A stretch of 64,000 nt of DNA from an uncultured delta proteobacterium (GCA_963743305.1 CAVUPH010000039.1:32001-96000), one strand, 5' to 3'; numbered from the stretch's first letter, positions 43,341 through 54,372 are shown. Numbers and translations: made by a program. The notes: generated by a model not told the origin, from the sequence alone.

Positions 43341-44642
43341 ATGTCCAACCTCTATATTTTAGACACCAATGTCCTGCTGCACGATCCGAACGCCCTATTT
43401 GCCTTTCAGGAAAACGAAGTCATCATTCCGCTGGCCGTGGTGGAGGAAATCGACAACCAGAAAAAAAGGCAGGACGAAATCGGCCGCAATGCCCGGGTGG
43501 TCTCCCGGAAACTGGATGCCCTGCGGGTCCACGGCAATCTGGCGGAGGGATTACCCCTGCCTACGGGCGGGCGACTGCGCATCGAGTTAAACCACCAGGA
43601 TTGGCACAGCCTCCCGGCCGCCCTGGATACCCAGAAGTTCGACAATCGCATCCTGGCCGTGGCGCATTATTTCAACCGCCGCCAGGAAGGCGGCACGGTC
43701 CTGGTCACCAAGGACTTGAACCTGCGGATCAAAGCCGACGTACTGGGGATTCAGGCTGAGGATTATCAGTCGGAAACGGTCAATTATCAGCGCCTGTATA
43801 CCGGGGCCGGGGAACGGAACCTGAACGCCGAGGAACTCAACCGCTTCTACCGGGAAGGCCAGGTGCAGGTCTCCGATCCCGGCACCGCCTTGCCCCATCA
43901 GTTTTTCATTCTCCGCAGTCAAGACAGCCCCTCCCAGTCCGCCCTGGCCCGGCACTTCCGGGACACCCTCCTGCCCCTGTCCCACGGAGAGACCACCAAT
44001 TGGGGCGTTAAGGCCCTGAACAAGGAACAAAAATTCGCCCTGGAGCTGTTGTTGCACGATCCGATCAAGGTGGTCACCCTGGTAGGCAAGGCCGGCACCG
44101 GCAAGACCCTGCTGGCCCTGGCCGTGGGGTTGGAAAAAGTAATCGAGCAAAATCAATTTACCCGGCTGTTGATTACCCGTCCGGTTATCCCCATGGGACA
44201 GGACATCGGCTATCTCCCCGGTTCCAAGGAAGAAAAGCTGCGCCCCTGGATGCAGCCCATTTTCGACAATCTGGAGTTTCTCTCCAATAGCGCCTCACAG
44301 CCCTCGGCGGTGGTGGAGGATTTACTGGAACGGGGCCTGATCGAGATGGAGGCGCTGACCTACATCCGCGGCCGCAGCATTCCCCGACAGTTCATCATCT
44401 GCGACGAGGCCCAAAACCTTTCCCCCCACATGATCAAGACCCTGATCACCCGGGTCGGCCGGGGGACCAAGATCGTCTTTACCGGGGACCCGGAGCAGAT
44501 CGATCATCCCTACCTGGACGCCAACAGCAACGGCTTGAGCTACCTGGTGGAAAAGCTGAAAGGCGAGGAGATCACCGGCCACGTGACCTTGATCAAAGGG
44601 GAAAGGTCCCAAGTGGCCGAGTTGGGGGCCCGGTTGTTATAA
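43341..44642 (+). CDS. PhoH family protein with N-terminal PIN domain
   Basis: LDTNVLL PIN motif, GKAGTGKT, GYLPG, YIRGRS, DEAQN, GDPEQID. Confidence 0.93.
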   Translation: MSNLYILDTNVLLHDPNALFAFQENEVIIPLAVVEEIDNQKKRQDEIGRNARVVSRKLDALRVHGNLAEGLPLPTGGRLRIELNHQDWHSLPAALDTQKFDNRILAVAHYFNRRQEGGTVLVTKDLNLRIKADVLGIQAEDYQSETVNYQRLYTGAGERNLNAEELNRFYREGQVQVSDPGTALPHQFFILRSQDSPSQSALARHFRDTLLPLSHGETTNWGVKALNKEQKFALELLLHDPIKVVTLVGKAGTGKTLLALAVGLEKVIEQNQFTRLLITRPVIPMGQDIGYLPGSKEEKLRPWMQPIFDNLEFLSNSASQPSAVVEDLLERGLIEMEALTYIRGRSIPRQFIICDEAQNLSPHMIKTLITRVGRGTKIVFTGDPEQIDHPYLDANSNGLSYLVEKLKGEEITGHVTLIKGERSQVAELGARLL

Positions 44643-44893
44643 CAAATCGTTATCGGAATACCGCTTTACAGGCCCCGGTTCGCCTCCCTCTGGAGCCGAC
44701 GATGATTCTTCATTTGTTTGCAAGAAATTCACCAATTCACCACTGATTATTAACACAAACCTGCTATATATTCCCTGACTCAAGACCGAAGACCAGGCAG
44801 TCGCTCCTGGGTTATGGCTATCAGCCGGATCTGGAGGAAGGTATCATCGCGGAATTTGACCGGGCAATTAGAAACTATGTTGAGCCGGAAGAC

Positions 44894-45211
44894 TTGGGAA
44901 AGGGGTCCATCGAGGTGAAAAACTGTTGGGGCGAGATGGAAAAACTCCCGCTGAAAGACCCTATCCGCATTCTTTGCCTGGATACCAGGCAAAAGGCCAG
45001 TTATATTATCATTCAACGGGGGATCACCATGCACTCCCGTATAACCTTCCGGAAAGCCGGTGAACTGCTTAGGGCCTTCCCGATCGATCTGATTTTTTCC
45101 CAACGGCAAGGCCTGGTCCTCTACCGTGGCCATTTTATCACGGAGATTCCCCAACCTCTCCGGGAAAAAGTCCTGGCTTTTCTGCCGGAAGAAGAACAGC
45201 GAGCCGCCTGA
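44894..45211 (+). CDS. hypothetical protein (true start may be upstream)
   Basis: Open frame between phoH and the acyltransferase; no motif recognised. Confidence 0.35.
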   Translation: MGKGSIEVKNCWGEMEKLPLKDPIRILCLDTRQKASYIIIQRGITMHSRITFRKAGELLRAFPIDLIFSQRQGLVLYRGHFITEIPQPLREKVLAFLPEEEQRAA

Positions 45212-45375
45212 TATCGAAGAGGGTACGGCTTGGACCATCCCCGCCACCGCTGGTAGGCCCAAACCGTTAGTCCTTCTTCATCCATTTATTTCGGATAACC
45301 AATCCCGTTTCCAAGAGTCCGGACCCTAAAAAAAGCAGGGTGCCGGGTTCCAAGGCGGGTGAGGTGGGACCCCCA

Positions 45376-47301
45376 CTATAGACTCGAAATAAGGCTGAAC
45401 AATCGCCGGCCTTCAGGCCGCGTTGGCGGTCTGAGGGCTTTCGGCCTCTTCCGCCCCGGGAAACCGGCCAAGGACCTCGGCCGGATCGGGGTCTGATGGT
45501 GGCTTAGGAAGAAGTCGGCGCCTGCTTTTCCCAGGTATTTTTCCAGCACCACCGGGTTGGTCTTGGCCAGGTCCACCAAAATCAATCCGTCCACCACCCG
45601 GCTGAATTGGGCATCGATATTGAAGCCCAACAGCTTACCCCCTAATTTCAAATACTGTTTCAAGAAAATGGGAATGCCTTTCTGATCCGCTTCCAGTTCG
45701 GCGATCCAATCCGATACCTCGGCCGCATCCCGGATCATGGAAGCCACCGCCTGGTCCATCCAGCCCTTGCGGAGGTCCTGCCGGTAGGGGCGCTTGGCCT
45801 TGACCCAGCGGGCCAGCTCCGGACGATAATTTTGCTCCCGCAAGAATTTTATCAGCAGGGTTTTAGAAACGCGCCGGTAGTCGTCGCTGATGCTCACCGG
45901 CCCGAAGAGAAAGCGGTACCGGGGGTAGCGGACCACATACTGCCCGATGCCTTTCCAGAGCAGCATCAGGGTACTGAAGGCCTTTTGGTATTCCCGGCGG
46001 ATGAAGGATCGCCCCAATTCCAGGGCGGGATGAACCTGCAGGAAAAAGTCGTTGTGAAATTTAAATAGGGAGGTGGTGTAAAGCCCTTTCTTCCCGTAGC
46101 GGCTTAAAATCAAATCCGTGGGCCCCAGACGGTAAGACCCCACCACTTCAAGGGTCTTCTTCTGCCAAAGAATCAGGTGGTGATAATGCGAGTCAAAAAG
46201 GTCCAGGTCGATGGATTCTCCGGTCCCCTCCCCGGCCTCCCGGAAAGTGATTTCCCGCAACCGGCCCACTTCCCTTAAAACATATGGGATCTGAGAGGCG
46301 CGGGCCCAGAAAACCTGCAAAGTCTTCCTGCTCCAGGAGCATCTGAGCATCGGGCAGATTGCGGACTTCTTCCAGCAGGAAATTCTTAACGGTGGGAACG
46401 ACCAGAGGCTTCCAGGCCCGTCTCCGCTTCACCTGCTGCTTTTCTGCACTCTTTTGATTCAGAGGCAAGACGCTTACCCAGCAGATAGGTTCGCTGCCGG
46501 AGATAGTCGATCAGCTCCCGATCGTTTGGAAAACGCTCTATTTTTTTGAAGGGGATCGGCTGACCGATCTTGATTTCAATCCGGGAATCCATTTTGTTCA
46601 GCAGCTCATGGGACAGCATGGCCGTCCGGAGCAGCGGGTGGATCAATCCCAGGAGATGAAACCAGGCGCTGTTTCTTCCCTGAAAATAGACCGGAACCAC
46701 CGAGGCCCTGGTTTTCCTGATCAGGCCGGCCACCAGCTCTCCCCACTCCGGGTCGGTGATGGACCTCTTTTTCAAATGCCAGTGGGAGACTTCACCGGCC
46801 GGGAAAATCCCCAGCAGGTTTCCGTTTTTCAGCCAGTCGATGGACTCCCGCAGACCCTTTAAGGTTCTTCCCGGCCGATTCTTTCCGTCCAAAAGGGTCC
46901 ACGAAAATCAGGTGATCCCGCACTTCCGGGATCCGTTCCAAAAGATAATTGGCCATGATCTTCACATCCGGCCGGACCTTGAGGAGCAGATCGGCCAGGA
47001 CGAGGCCTTCGATGCCTCCAAAAGGATGGTTGGCGACTACCACGACCGGTCCCCGACGGGGCAGACGGGCCCGGTCAAGCTCGGATATTTGGTAGCCGAT
47101 GCGCAGTTGGGCCAGCGACCGCTCGAAGAAGGATCGGTCGTCCGATCCCCCGGCCACCTGGTCGTACATCCTGTTCAGGCGGGGAAAGGACAGCGCCCGT
47201 TCCAGAGAGGCCTCGATCAGAGGAAAAAATTTGCGGGGCCAGGGGCGATTGAACTGAAAATCTAATTTAAAGGGGAGGACTTCCGACCTTGTTGCTTCCA
47301 T
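45376..47301 (-). CDS. bifunctional PlsC-like O-acyltransferase/GNAT N-acyltransferase (OlsF-like architecture), frameshifts near 46870 and 46400
   Basis: ANHPFGG.EG and IFPAGEV (PlsC); GRLREITFR.AGEG, YRLG, ELGRSF and LKQYLKLGG (GNAT); AGGAGG RBS. Confidence 0.8.
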
Positions 47302-47455
47302 GACCTACCTCCTTTTTTTAAGGTTTACAGCCAGTTTCTGGAAAAAGGTTTTACCGGAACTGCGTGGCAATTTGATGGTGCGGAGGTGAAAATTAGATAA
47401 CTTATTAATATTTCGGTATTTTTAAATGAATATTTAACAAAATTGATAGAATTCC

Positions 47456-47472
47456 TTCATCAAACTGTCACA
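47456..47472 (+). promoter_or_regulatory. Pho-box-like site
   Basis: TTCATCAAACTGTCACA; CTGTCAC half-site; near-identical site at 50433-50449 on the minus strand. Confidence 0.6.
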
Positions 47473-47493
47473 TTCCTACTATATCTTGGGGTC

Positions 47494-47844
47494 ATGGTTG
47501 ATAAGGACACTACTCCAATTCGATGTCCCCACTGCGAGTCCGAGGCTATCTATCGCTATGGCAAGACCTGGAACAAGAAACAGCGTTACTTCTGCCTGGT
47601 CTGCAGCCGGCAATTCGTCCTCGATCCTGAAAGGGTATCGATGAAGGAGAAACCGACCTGCCCGGCATGCGGCCGGCCCATGCACGTCTATCGCCGTTAT
47701 CCCCGGGTGATCCGGTTCCGTTGTTCCGGCTATCCCGACTGCCGCCACTATCTCAAAATGTTTCTCAAAGGAGGAATGTGCTACAATGAGCTACTACGTC
47801 CATCAAGTTCCTGGCCGACTGCGTATCAAATCGCCCTCGATTAA
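47494..47844 (+). CDS. double zinc-ribbon protein (IS1 InsA-like plus topoisomerase C4-like)
   Basis: CPHC..QRYFCLVC and CPAC..CSGYPDC; no transposase catalytic domain. Confidence 0.65.
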   Translation: MVDKDTTPIRCPHCESEAIYRYGKTWNKKQRYFCLVCSRQFVLDPERVSMKEKPTCPACGRPMHVYRRYPRVIRFRCSGYPDCRHYLKMFLKGGMCYNELLRPSSSWPTAYQIALD

Positions 47845-48157
47845 AAACAATCAGACGGAAGCGGTGGTGGTGGAAAATCTTCTGAAGGAAATGGAAGGTA
47901 TTAAATCCACCTCGGTCAGCACCCTGACCGGCAGCGTGGTAGTAAATTATGACTCTCGGATGGTCAGCGATCAAATGATCATCTCCCGATTGACCGACCT
48001 GGGACATTTTAAGCCGGCCCAGGCCAAAACCAACGACGAATATATCCAGGGGGCCTTTTCCACTGCCGGAGAGATCGTCTGGAAGGCCTTCTTCGGTTCT
48101 TTTGTGGATGTCGCCCTGGCCGGCACGCCGATATCATTTGTCTCCGTTTTGATGTAA
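47786..48157 (+). CDS. HMA2-like domain protein
   Basis: HQVPGRLRIK..TGSVVVNYD; AAGGAGG RBS. Confidence 0.8.
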   Translation: MSYYVHQVPGRLRIKSPSIKNNQTEAVVVENLLKEMEGIKSTSVSTLTGSVVVNYDSRMVSDQMIISRLTDLGHFKPAQAKTNDEYIQGAFSTAGEIVWKAFFGSFVDVALAGTPISFVSVLM

Positions 48158-48196
48158 TAATCCCCCAAAGCTCTTTTCTTGTCTCAACCCTCCTTC

Positions 48197-48225
48197 ATGC
48201 CCCGGTATCCGGGGCATCTTTTTTT
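48197..48225 (+). terminator. intrinsic terminator
   Basis: atgccccgg-tat-ccggggcat followed by a T run. Confidence 0.75.
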
Positions 48226-48366
48226 GGTAACCTGTTCGGCCCGGATTAGAAGTCCGGAGTACCTTTGGAAAATCCTTCGCCGAGACCCGGCAGCCTCACC
48301 AAATTGGTGGGACCTCCCCAAAGGGGAAAACGCCTTTTAAATGAAAGGACGCCTTCCGGATCTTGT

Positions 48367-48654
48367 TCAATCGGCCCTCTGCCCGCCGGGCAGTCCTTTT
48401 TTCTTGAAATAATTATTGGGCTTGGGTCTCCCGGCCTTGGCGGACGCCCACTGGTAAAATACCGGCAGGGGCGGGGACCCAGCCAATTCCTTGATAATCC
48501 TGTTCACATCCCGGTCCGATTCTTTCCCGGCGTTGACCTTTAAGATCTGCGGGCAATCACGGCAAACCTCATAACTCAAATCGCGAAGGGCCCTTTCCTG
48601 TCGCTTCCGGCAGGTGCCGACTTTCATCGTGGCTTTTAGTCTTTTACAAAACAT
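48367..48654 (-). CDS. hypothetical Cys-containing protein
   Basis: GGTGAGG RBS; FC..C..CRDC. Confidence 0.45.
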   Translation of the reverse strand: MFCKRLKATMKVGTCRKRQERALRDLSYEVCRDCPQILKVNAGKESDRDVNRIIKELAGSPPLPVFYQWASAKAGRPKPNNYFKKKGLPGGQRAD

Positions 48655-49046
48655 GGGTGCCTCACCTTCCTGAAATTGGGTACTTACAGTTTCATAACTA
48701 TTCTCTATGATCTCTGGGTGCTCTGTGAGAGATCGTCTTTGGTCTTTGGTTGTGAATAGGCGGCGTTAATGAATCCGGTCAATATTATTTTGTGACCGCC
48801 AATAACCTAAATACGAATTTACCAGGGAAGCGTTACAGGAATATGAAGGAAAGGTTTTTTTTAGGGATTAAACTCGGTGGCCGGACCCGGTTTTCGAGAG
48901 GAGAGACGACTGGATAACTGGAATAGGGAACCGGCGGGCAATCACCGGTTCCCTATTATTGGGTTGATTAGTTCAGTCTCTCTTTTGTCAAGTGACCTGT
49001 CTTTGACGGCAAGTCGGTCTCCGCTCCATCACGACCAAGATCTCTT

Positions 49047-50378
49047 TTATTGGGCAAACCGGCTCACGGCAAAATCACCGTTGTGATTGATAACCGCCCA
49101 GGCCGTATTGGTTTCCCGATCGAGGCCGTGCGTTCCCAACGGGTATTCGGCTTTCCACGGGCCGGCGACGAATTTTTTGAAGCTGGTTCCTGAATTCAAC
49201 TCCACGGCATTGACCCACCGGCCCCGTTCATTCTTGGCCACGAGGCCGGAACCGCCCCGACCCACTTTGTTTCGGTCAAAGGTCATCGAAAGGGCGTAGG
49301 TGTCGGTCTGATCGCTCCCCAGGTCGGCCATACCCCATCGGAATAGTATTCAAGGGTCAGGCGGGGACCGTCGACGGTGAAGATGTAAAAACCCACGGCG
49401 TACCTTTCCCGAGACAGGGAGGTCTGGGCCCTTTTCTGACCGTACCACTTGGGGTCATCCAGGGTCTTGGGCGTATAGAATTTGCTGCTGTTGGAGGCGC
49501 AGATCAGTTCCCGGGCTTTGTAGGCCCCGTTCGGACTGACGATGATGGAGCGCTGGTGGATGTGGTCGTGGCCAATGATGTAGTAGGCGGCGTTGTTGAG
49601 CTGCAGGCTGGCAAAGAAAGCATCTTGCCAAGCCGGGTGGGCATTCGCGTATCCGGTGAAAGGCGAATCCTGGTGGTTTTCACCCATCAGATTCTGGTGG
49701 GAGAAGACGAAAACATGTCCCGGACCGCGGGTGTTTTTATCAAGACGGCTGCTGATCCAGTCCTGCTGGTCGTCGACGGAGTAGCCATACATGTAATAGG
49801 GCGAAGGGGTTCACGCTCTTGCTGGGGGTTACCCAGGGGTCGATGATGACGAAGCGGGCGTCATTGCCCGCGGTACCGTAATCGAAAGAGTAACTCATGC
49901 CGTCCAGGTCGGCGCTGACCGACGTCGGGCTGTTGAAGTTCGTCGCGCCGAAGGTGTTCCCCCTGCCTCGGGTCTGCGGGAAGCTTTTCCTAAATTGAGT
50001 GATGCCGTAATTATTGTTCCCGTTGGGTTTGGCATACGTCTCGTGATTGCCGCGCATGGGGAAGAAGCCGATCTTGGAATCATACAACAGTTGCACGGCG
50101 GCGGCACGGGTGGCGATATCCGTGTCGTTGCCGTTTTCGGTTAGGTCGCCGACCTGGATAACGAACTTTACGCCGTGCTTGATGAACTGCTCATTGAGCT
50201 GTTCGATAATTGAAACCGGGACCCCGTTGGGATTCTTTCCGGCCGGGTCGGCAGGAGCCGTCCATTGCGTGTCGGCCATGACCCCGAATTTCCAGGGTTC
50301 AGCCGATGCGGATCCTATCCCGACCAGCAGCCCGGTGATTAAGACCAACAGGGCGCTTAAACCAAAGATTCTTTTCAT
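49047..50378 (-). pseudogene. secreted metallophosphoesterase paralog, frameshifted and internally deleted
   Basis: ADTQ, GDL, RGNHE, GHDH; C-terminal WVNAV..TAWAVINHNGDFAV as in 51198-53036. Confidence 0.75.
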
Positions 50379-50432
50379 CCTTCCCTCTCCTTTCAAAATT
50401 CTTAAATCTGCTCTTTTAATTTTAGCGGGCTG

Positions 50433-50449
50433 TGTTACAGTTTGATGGC
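50433..50449 (-). promoter_or_regulatory. Pho-box-like site upstream of the metallophosphoesterase
   Basis: Minus strand GCCATCAAACTGTAACA. Confidence 0.55.
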
Positions 50450-50871
50450 CAATTGGGGTCGATTTGAAGTTCTCCCCCCCTCCCTTTTAGACCCTCTCGG
50501 GAAATGAATACGAAGGAAAGTTTTTTTAGGCTTCGTTCGCGATGGAGGCGAAGAAACCCACCCACCCGATCATTGCGAGGGGTGAAGCGACAAATCGATC
50601 CTCGACAATTGGATGATGGTCAGATAATGGTTTTTTAACCGAATTGTCATACTGGCCGACGTCCTTCGATTTTGCACCCGGCAATCTTTCAGAAAGCCTA
50701 CCGAAAACTGAATTCCCCTCCTGGAGTTCATTTCCTTCCCTGTAATTGAATCTTTATCAGCCGGTCATCCTCCCGTTACATTCCTCCGGTATGGTACTCC
50801 CCAACGTTCGGATCACCGAGGTGATTCGGACTTATTAAAGATGTCATAATTGTCTGTACATACCACCGACC

Positions 50872-50955
50872 GTCATCCCCGAGTGTTTTTGTCGGGGATC
50901 CAGAATCGTAGCAGATAGGGGCTGGATTCCCGCCCAGAAGCACTGCGGGAATGAC
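50872..50955. repeat. GTCATCCCCG...CGGGAATGAC palindromic repeat
   Basis: Nested hairpin; related pieces at about 25500-25590 and 63612-63655. Confidence 0.7.
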
Positions 50956-51197
50956 GATAAGAGAACATCGAGATAGTCGGTTTTATTATGAGACCGTTAA
51001 TAATCCCCTCGGCTTTAAAATTATCTTCTCAAAACAAAATGATCCGCGTGGAAGCGTGAAGGAGGTGAGGCTTTTCGCGAGACGAACCCAACGAGTAAGA
51101 CAGGTTTTCCTGTCCAAGGACACTAAATTGTTTACGGGAACGTATAGTAGAACAGACAACATTCTAAAATCTAACAAAAATTTGAAAGGAAAATAAG

Positions 51198-53036
51198 ATG
51201 AAAAGAATACTTTGTTCCAAAACATTGTTGGCCCTGCTGCTCGCGATTTTCATCGCGGCAGGGTCGGCATCCGGAGAACCCTGGAAATTCGGCGTCATCT
51301 CGGACACCCAGTGGACCATAAAAGACGACGGCAAGAACCCTAATACCTGCGCCGCCGACATCATTAAGCAGGTAGATCAGCAGTTCATCGCCGAGGGTGT
51401 TAAACTCGTTGTCCACGTCGGCGACATGGTGAACACAGGCAGCCAAGTCAATGACTACGTACGGGCGCTCTATGCCCAGGACCTGTACAATGCGGGCATC
51501 GGCTTTTACCCGCTGCGCGGCAACCACGAGGCAGCCAACGGAATCTATACGGGCTCAGGTGAAGACTATACGTATGCCTACCCGCAGATCGTGCCTGGCC
51601 CCAACGCCGGTTTTAATAATAACACCCCGGACAGCATCACGACAGCCCTCATCCCCATCGACGACCTAAACCCCGACACCGGCAATCCCCCGGAGGACAA
51701 GACCAAACATAAAATCTTCAAAGTGGGCGGTAAATTCTCCGCACCAGACAGCGTCAATACTTACACCGGCGGAGTGTCGTACGCCTTCGACTACAAAAAC
51801 GTGACCTTCATGCTGCTCGACCAGTTCAAATCTCCCGATTACTACACCAGCTACATCCCGGATCAGCAGGCCTGGATCGAAAGCACCCTCTCCAGCCGTC
51901 CGGCCAACACCCACGCTTTCGCCTTCACCCACAAGAATATCCTGGGCGGCAACCACAAGGACAATATGTTCGGTGGTCCCGCCAGCGGCAACGATCCGGG
52001 GGACGGCTACGGGATTGACCCCAGCACCCCGATTTCTACTACCCCGGGGCTTACTGTTGGTGGCAAGCAGTCCGCCATGAAGACCTTCCTTGACTCGATG
52101 CAGACCAACAAAGTCAAGTACGTGATCTCAGGCCATGATCACCATCACTATAACTCCGTAGTCACCAGCCTCGATCAACAGAGCAAAGTCCATCAGCTCA
52201 TCACCGCTTCCGATAGCTCCAAGTTTTACACGCCTGGCACTCCCGTCTCACCCAATGACGCGCCGATTGAGCAGGATCTGGCCCGTATCGGATATTACAT
52301 CTTCACCGTGGACGGCCCGCGCGTGACCATCGACTACTATGCCGACGACCATGGCAATTGGCAGTCGGACTCTAAATTCCCCAATAACAACGTAGACCTC
52401 ATCAACTTCCCCCTCGGGACCACCCCTACTCTCAACTTCGTCAAGCGGTCCACCACGGGCTACAGCTTGAACGGTATAGAGAACCTCGTTGCTCAAGGCG
52501 CGTCCTATGCCATGACCGACGACACCGACGTTGCCGCCCATATGGAACGCGGGTATGTCGGTACCTCCATGGCCATCCTCGACGGCATTAACGGAAGCAC
52601 GGCCACGACCAATTACGGCAAAGCGACCGAAAAAGCCGTCAACACCGGCTGGGCGCCTAAGAATAACGGCACCCGGAAGTGCTCTGATGATCCCGAAAGC
52701 GATATTCTGACCCTCTGGGGCATGGCCGACCTCGGCACCGAGCAGGCCGATACCTTTGTCCTCTCCATGAGCTACGATCATCACCGCTTGCTCCCGGTTC
52801 AATTCGGACACGGCTTGTTAGGCCTGGCCACCCCGGATGAGAAAGGCAACTGGGTCAACGCCGTTGATATGAATTTTGGTGACGGCAGCGTCAAAAAATT
52901 TGTCCTCGGCCCCTACAACTCGAGCTATGGTCTCGGCACCTATGGTATCGACCTAAAAAAACACACGGCCTGGGCGGTCATTAACTACGATGGCGATTTC
53001 GCCGTAGCCGGTTTTAGACATTTCGGAAAAAGATAA
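51198..53036 (+). CDS. secreted calcineurin-like metallophosphoesterase
   Basis: Signal peptide, SDTQ, VGD, RGNHE, GHDH. Confidence 0.85.
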   Translation: MKRILCSKTLLALLLAIFIAAGSASGEPWKFGVISDTQWTIKDDGKNPNTCAADIIKQVDQQFIAEGVKLVVHVGDMVNTGSQVNDYVRALYAQDLYNAGIGFYPLRGNHEAANGIYTGSGEDYTYAYPQIVPGPNAGFNNNTPDSITTALIPIDDLNPDTGNPPEDKTKHKIFKVGGKFSAPDSVNTYTGGVSYAFDYKNVTFMLLDQFKSPDYYTSYIPDQQAWIESTLSSRPANTHAFAFTHKNILGGNHKDNMFGGPASGNDPGDGYGIDPSTPISTTPGLTVGGKQSAMKTFLDSMQTNKVKYVISGHDHHHYNSVVTSLDQQSKVHQLITASDSSKFYTPGTPVSPNDAPIEQDLARIGYYIFTVDGPRVTIDYYADDHGNWQSDSKFPNNNVDLINFPLGTTPTLNFVKRSTTGYSLNGIENLVAQGASYAMTDDTDVAAHMERGYVGTSMAILDGINGSTATTNYGKATEKAVNTGWAPKNNGTRKCSDDPESDILTLWGMADLGTEQADTFVLSMSYDHHRLLPVQFGHGLLGLATPDEKGNWVNAVDMNFGDGSVKKFVLGPYNSSYGLGTYGIDLKKHTAWAVINYDGDFAVAGFRHFGKR

Positions 53037-53080
53037 TCCGGCCAGGATGGATTGACAGAGATAGCATTCAAAAGTCGGTA

Positions 53081-53119
53081 AATTGAAGAAACCCGCGGGA
53101 TCCGTGGGTTTCTTCAATT
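53081..53119. terminator. terminator-like hairpin
   Basis: aattgaagaaacccgcgg/ccgtgggtttcttcaatt. Confidence 0.6.
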
Positions 53120-53588
53120 TTAATACGCGCCTCAGCCGGTAGAGCAAGGGTTTTACCGGATTGATTCGATTGAGGCGGACCGCCTCCTGCTGGAGCTGGG
53201 AAATGCCAACCCTTCTGGGAGGAACCCGCCAAATTCGCAAGCGCCATCCTTCCTCCTACCCAGCGCCGCTGCATCGGGGAGGGTGAAGACTACGGGTGCG
53301 TATATAAACGGACCGTTTTCTTTCTTTCCCTTCTCTTTGACTTTACCGCTTTAGGGATCTATAATTCCCCGAATTCAACATTGCCCTTGCTTGGGTGGTT
53401 AGTATGTAAATAAGGTTCGGTGGCTATCCCAGCTCTTTCAAATCCCCCTAAATCCCCCTTTTGTAAAGGGGGACTTTGACTCCCGCCTTTGAAAAAGGGG
53501 GGTCGGGGGGGATTTACGTGCTTCGCGGGTACCCCCCCCGGTAGACTTGCTTTTAAAGATGAGATTGTGGAAAACAGGAGGCTCCAAA

Positions 53589-53939
53589 ATGATCGAGCAA
53601 TGGCTGGCTGAGGTGAAGAAAAAAGCGGATCCCGAGGGCCTGGGCATGATCCTGGTCCATAACGGGATCGTTCGGGCTACCTCCAAACAGGGCCATCCGG
53701 TGCGCGGGATGAACCTTTCCTATGATGAGGAGAAGCTCAAAACCGTCGTCGCCGAACAAAAGAAGAATGACGGCATCTTGGATATCAAGGTCTGGATCAA
53801 CCGGGGAGACCTGAAGGTGGGGGACGACATCATGCTGCTCCTGGTGGCCGGGCGCTTTCGAACAGACGTGCTCCCGGTTTTTGAATCGCTGCTATCTGCC
53901 ATCAAACAGGAAATTGTCAGCGAGCGGGAGATTGCCTGA
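53589..53939 (+). CDS. moaE: MoaE-like molybdopterin biosynthesis protein
   Basis: GMILVHNGIVR, GDLKVGDDIM, AGRFR; AGGAGG RBS. Confidence 0.8.
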   Translation: MIEQWLAEVKKKADPEGLGMILVHNGIVRATSKQGHPVRGMNLSYDEEKLKTVVAEQKKNDGILDIKVWINRGDLKVGDDIMLLLVAGRFRTDVLPVFESLLSAIKQEIVSEREIA

Positions 53940-54372
53940 GAATAGGGCTTGACCACCCTTTCAGACAACGGGCCAAGCGTTAAACCAGGACCAAAGACAA
54001 AAGACGATCTCTCGCAGAGCGCCAGAGATCGCAGAGAACGTATAATTTTTGATTGCCGCGCCCGCCTTAGTCGGGGCGGCAATCAAAAAAATCTCCCGCT
54101 TCGCGGATAAAACCCCGCCGGAGGCTTGATTTCTTTTGAAAAATCGGCTTCTTCGCGATTTTTTAAAAAATAACTTGGTCTTTCTCTGCGCCCTCGGCGA
54201 ACTCGAGCGAAGCGGGCGAGAGATAAAAAGAACGCCCCGTGTAATCGAATTTTTATTTGCCGGTCATCCTCCCGCCACATTCTTCCTCTATCGTATTCTC
54301 AGAATCTGGGTACCGCGGTGATCCGGACATAATCCACTTCGTGAATTGAAAAAAGGCTTCAGGAGGAAAGCG

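Noticed and set aside
47443-47844. Active IS1 element
   Set aside because: Only zinc ribbons; no InsB/DDE domain or terminal inverted repeats seen
53120-53420. Moco riboswitch upstream of moaE
   Set aside because: Could not match the conserved Moco RNA elements by eye
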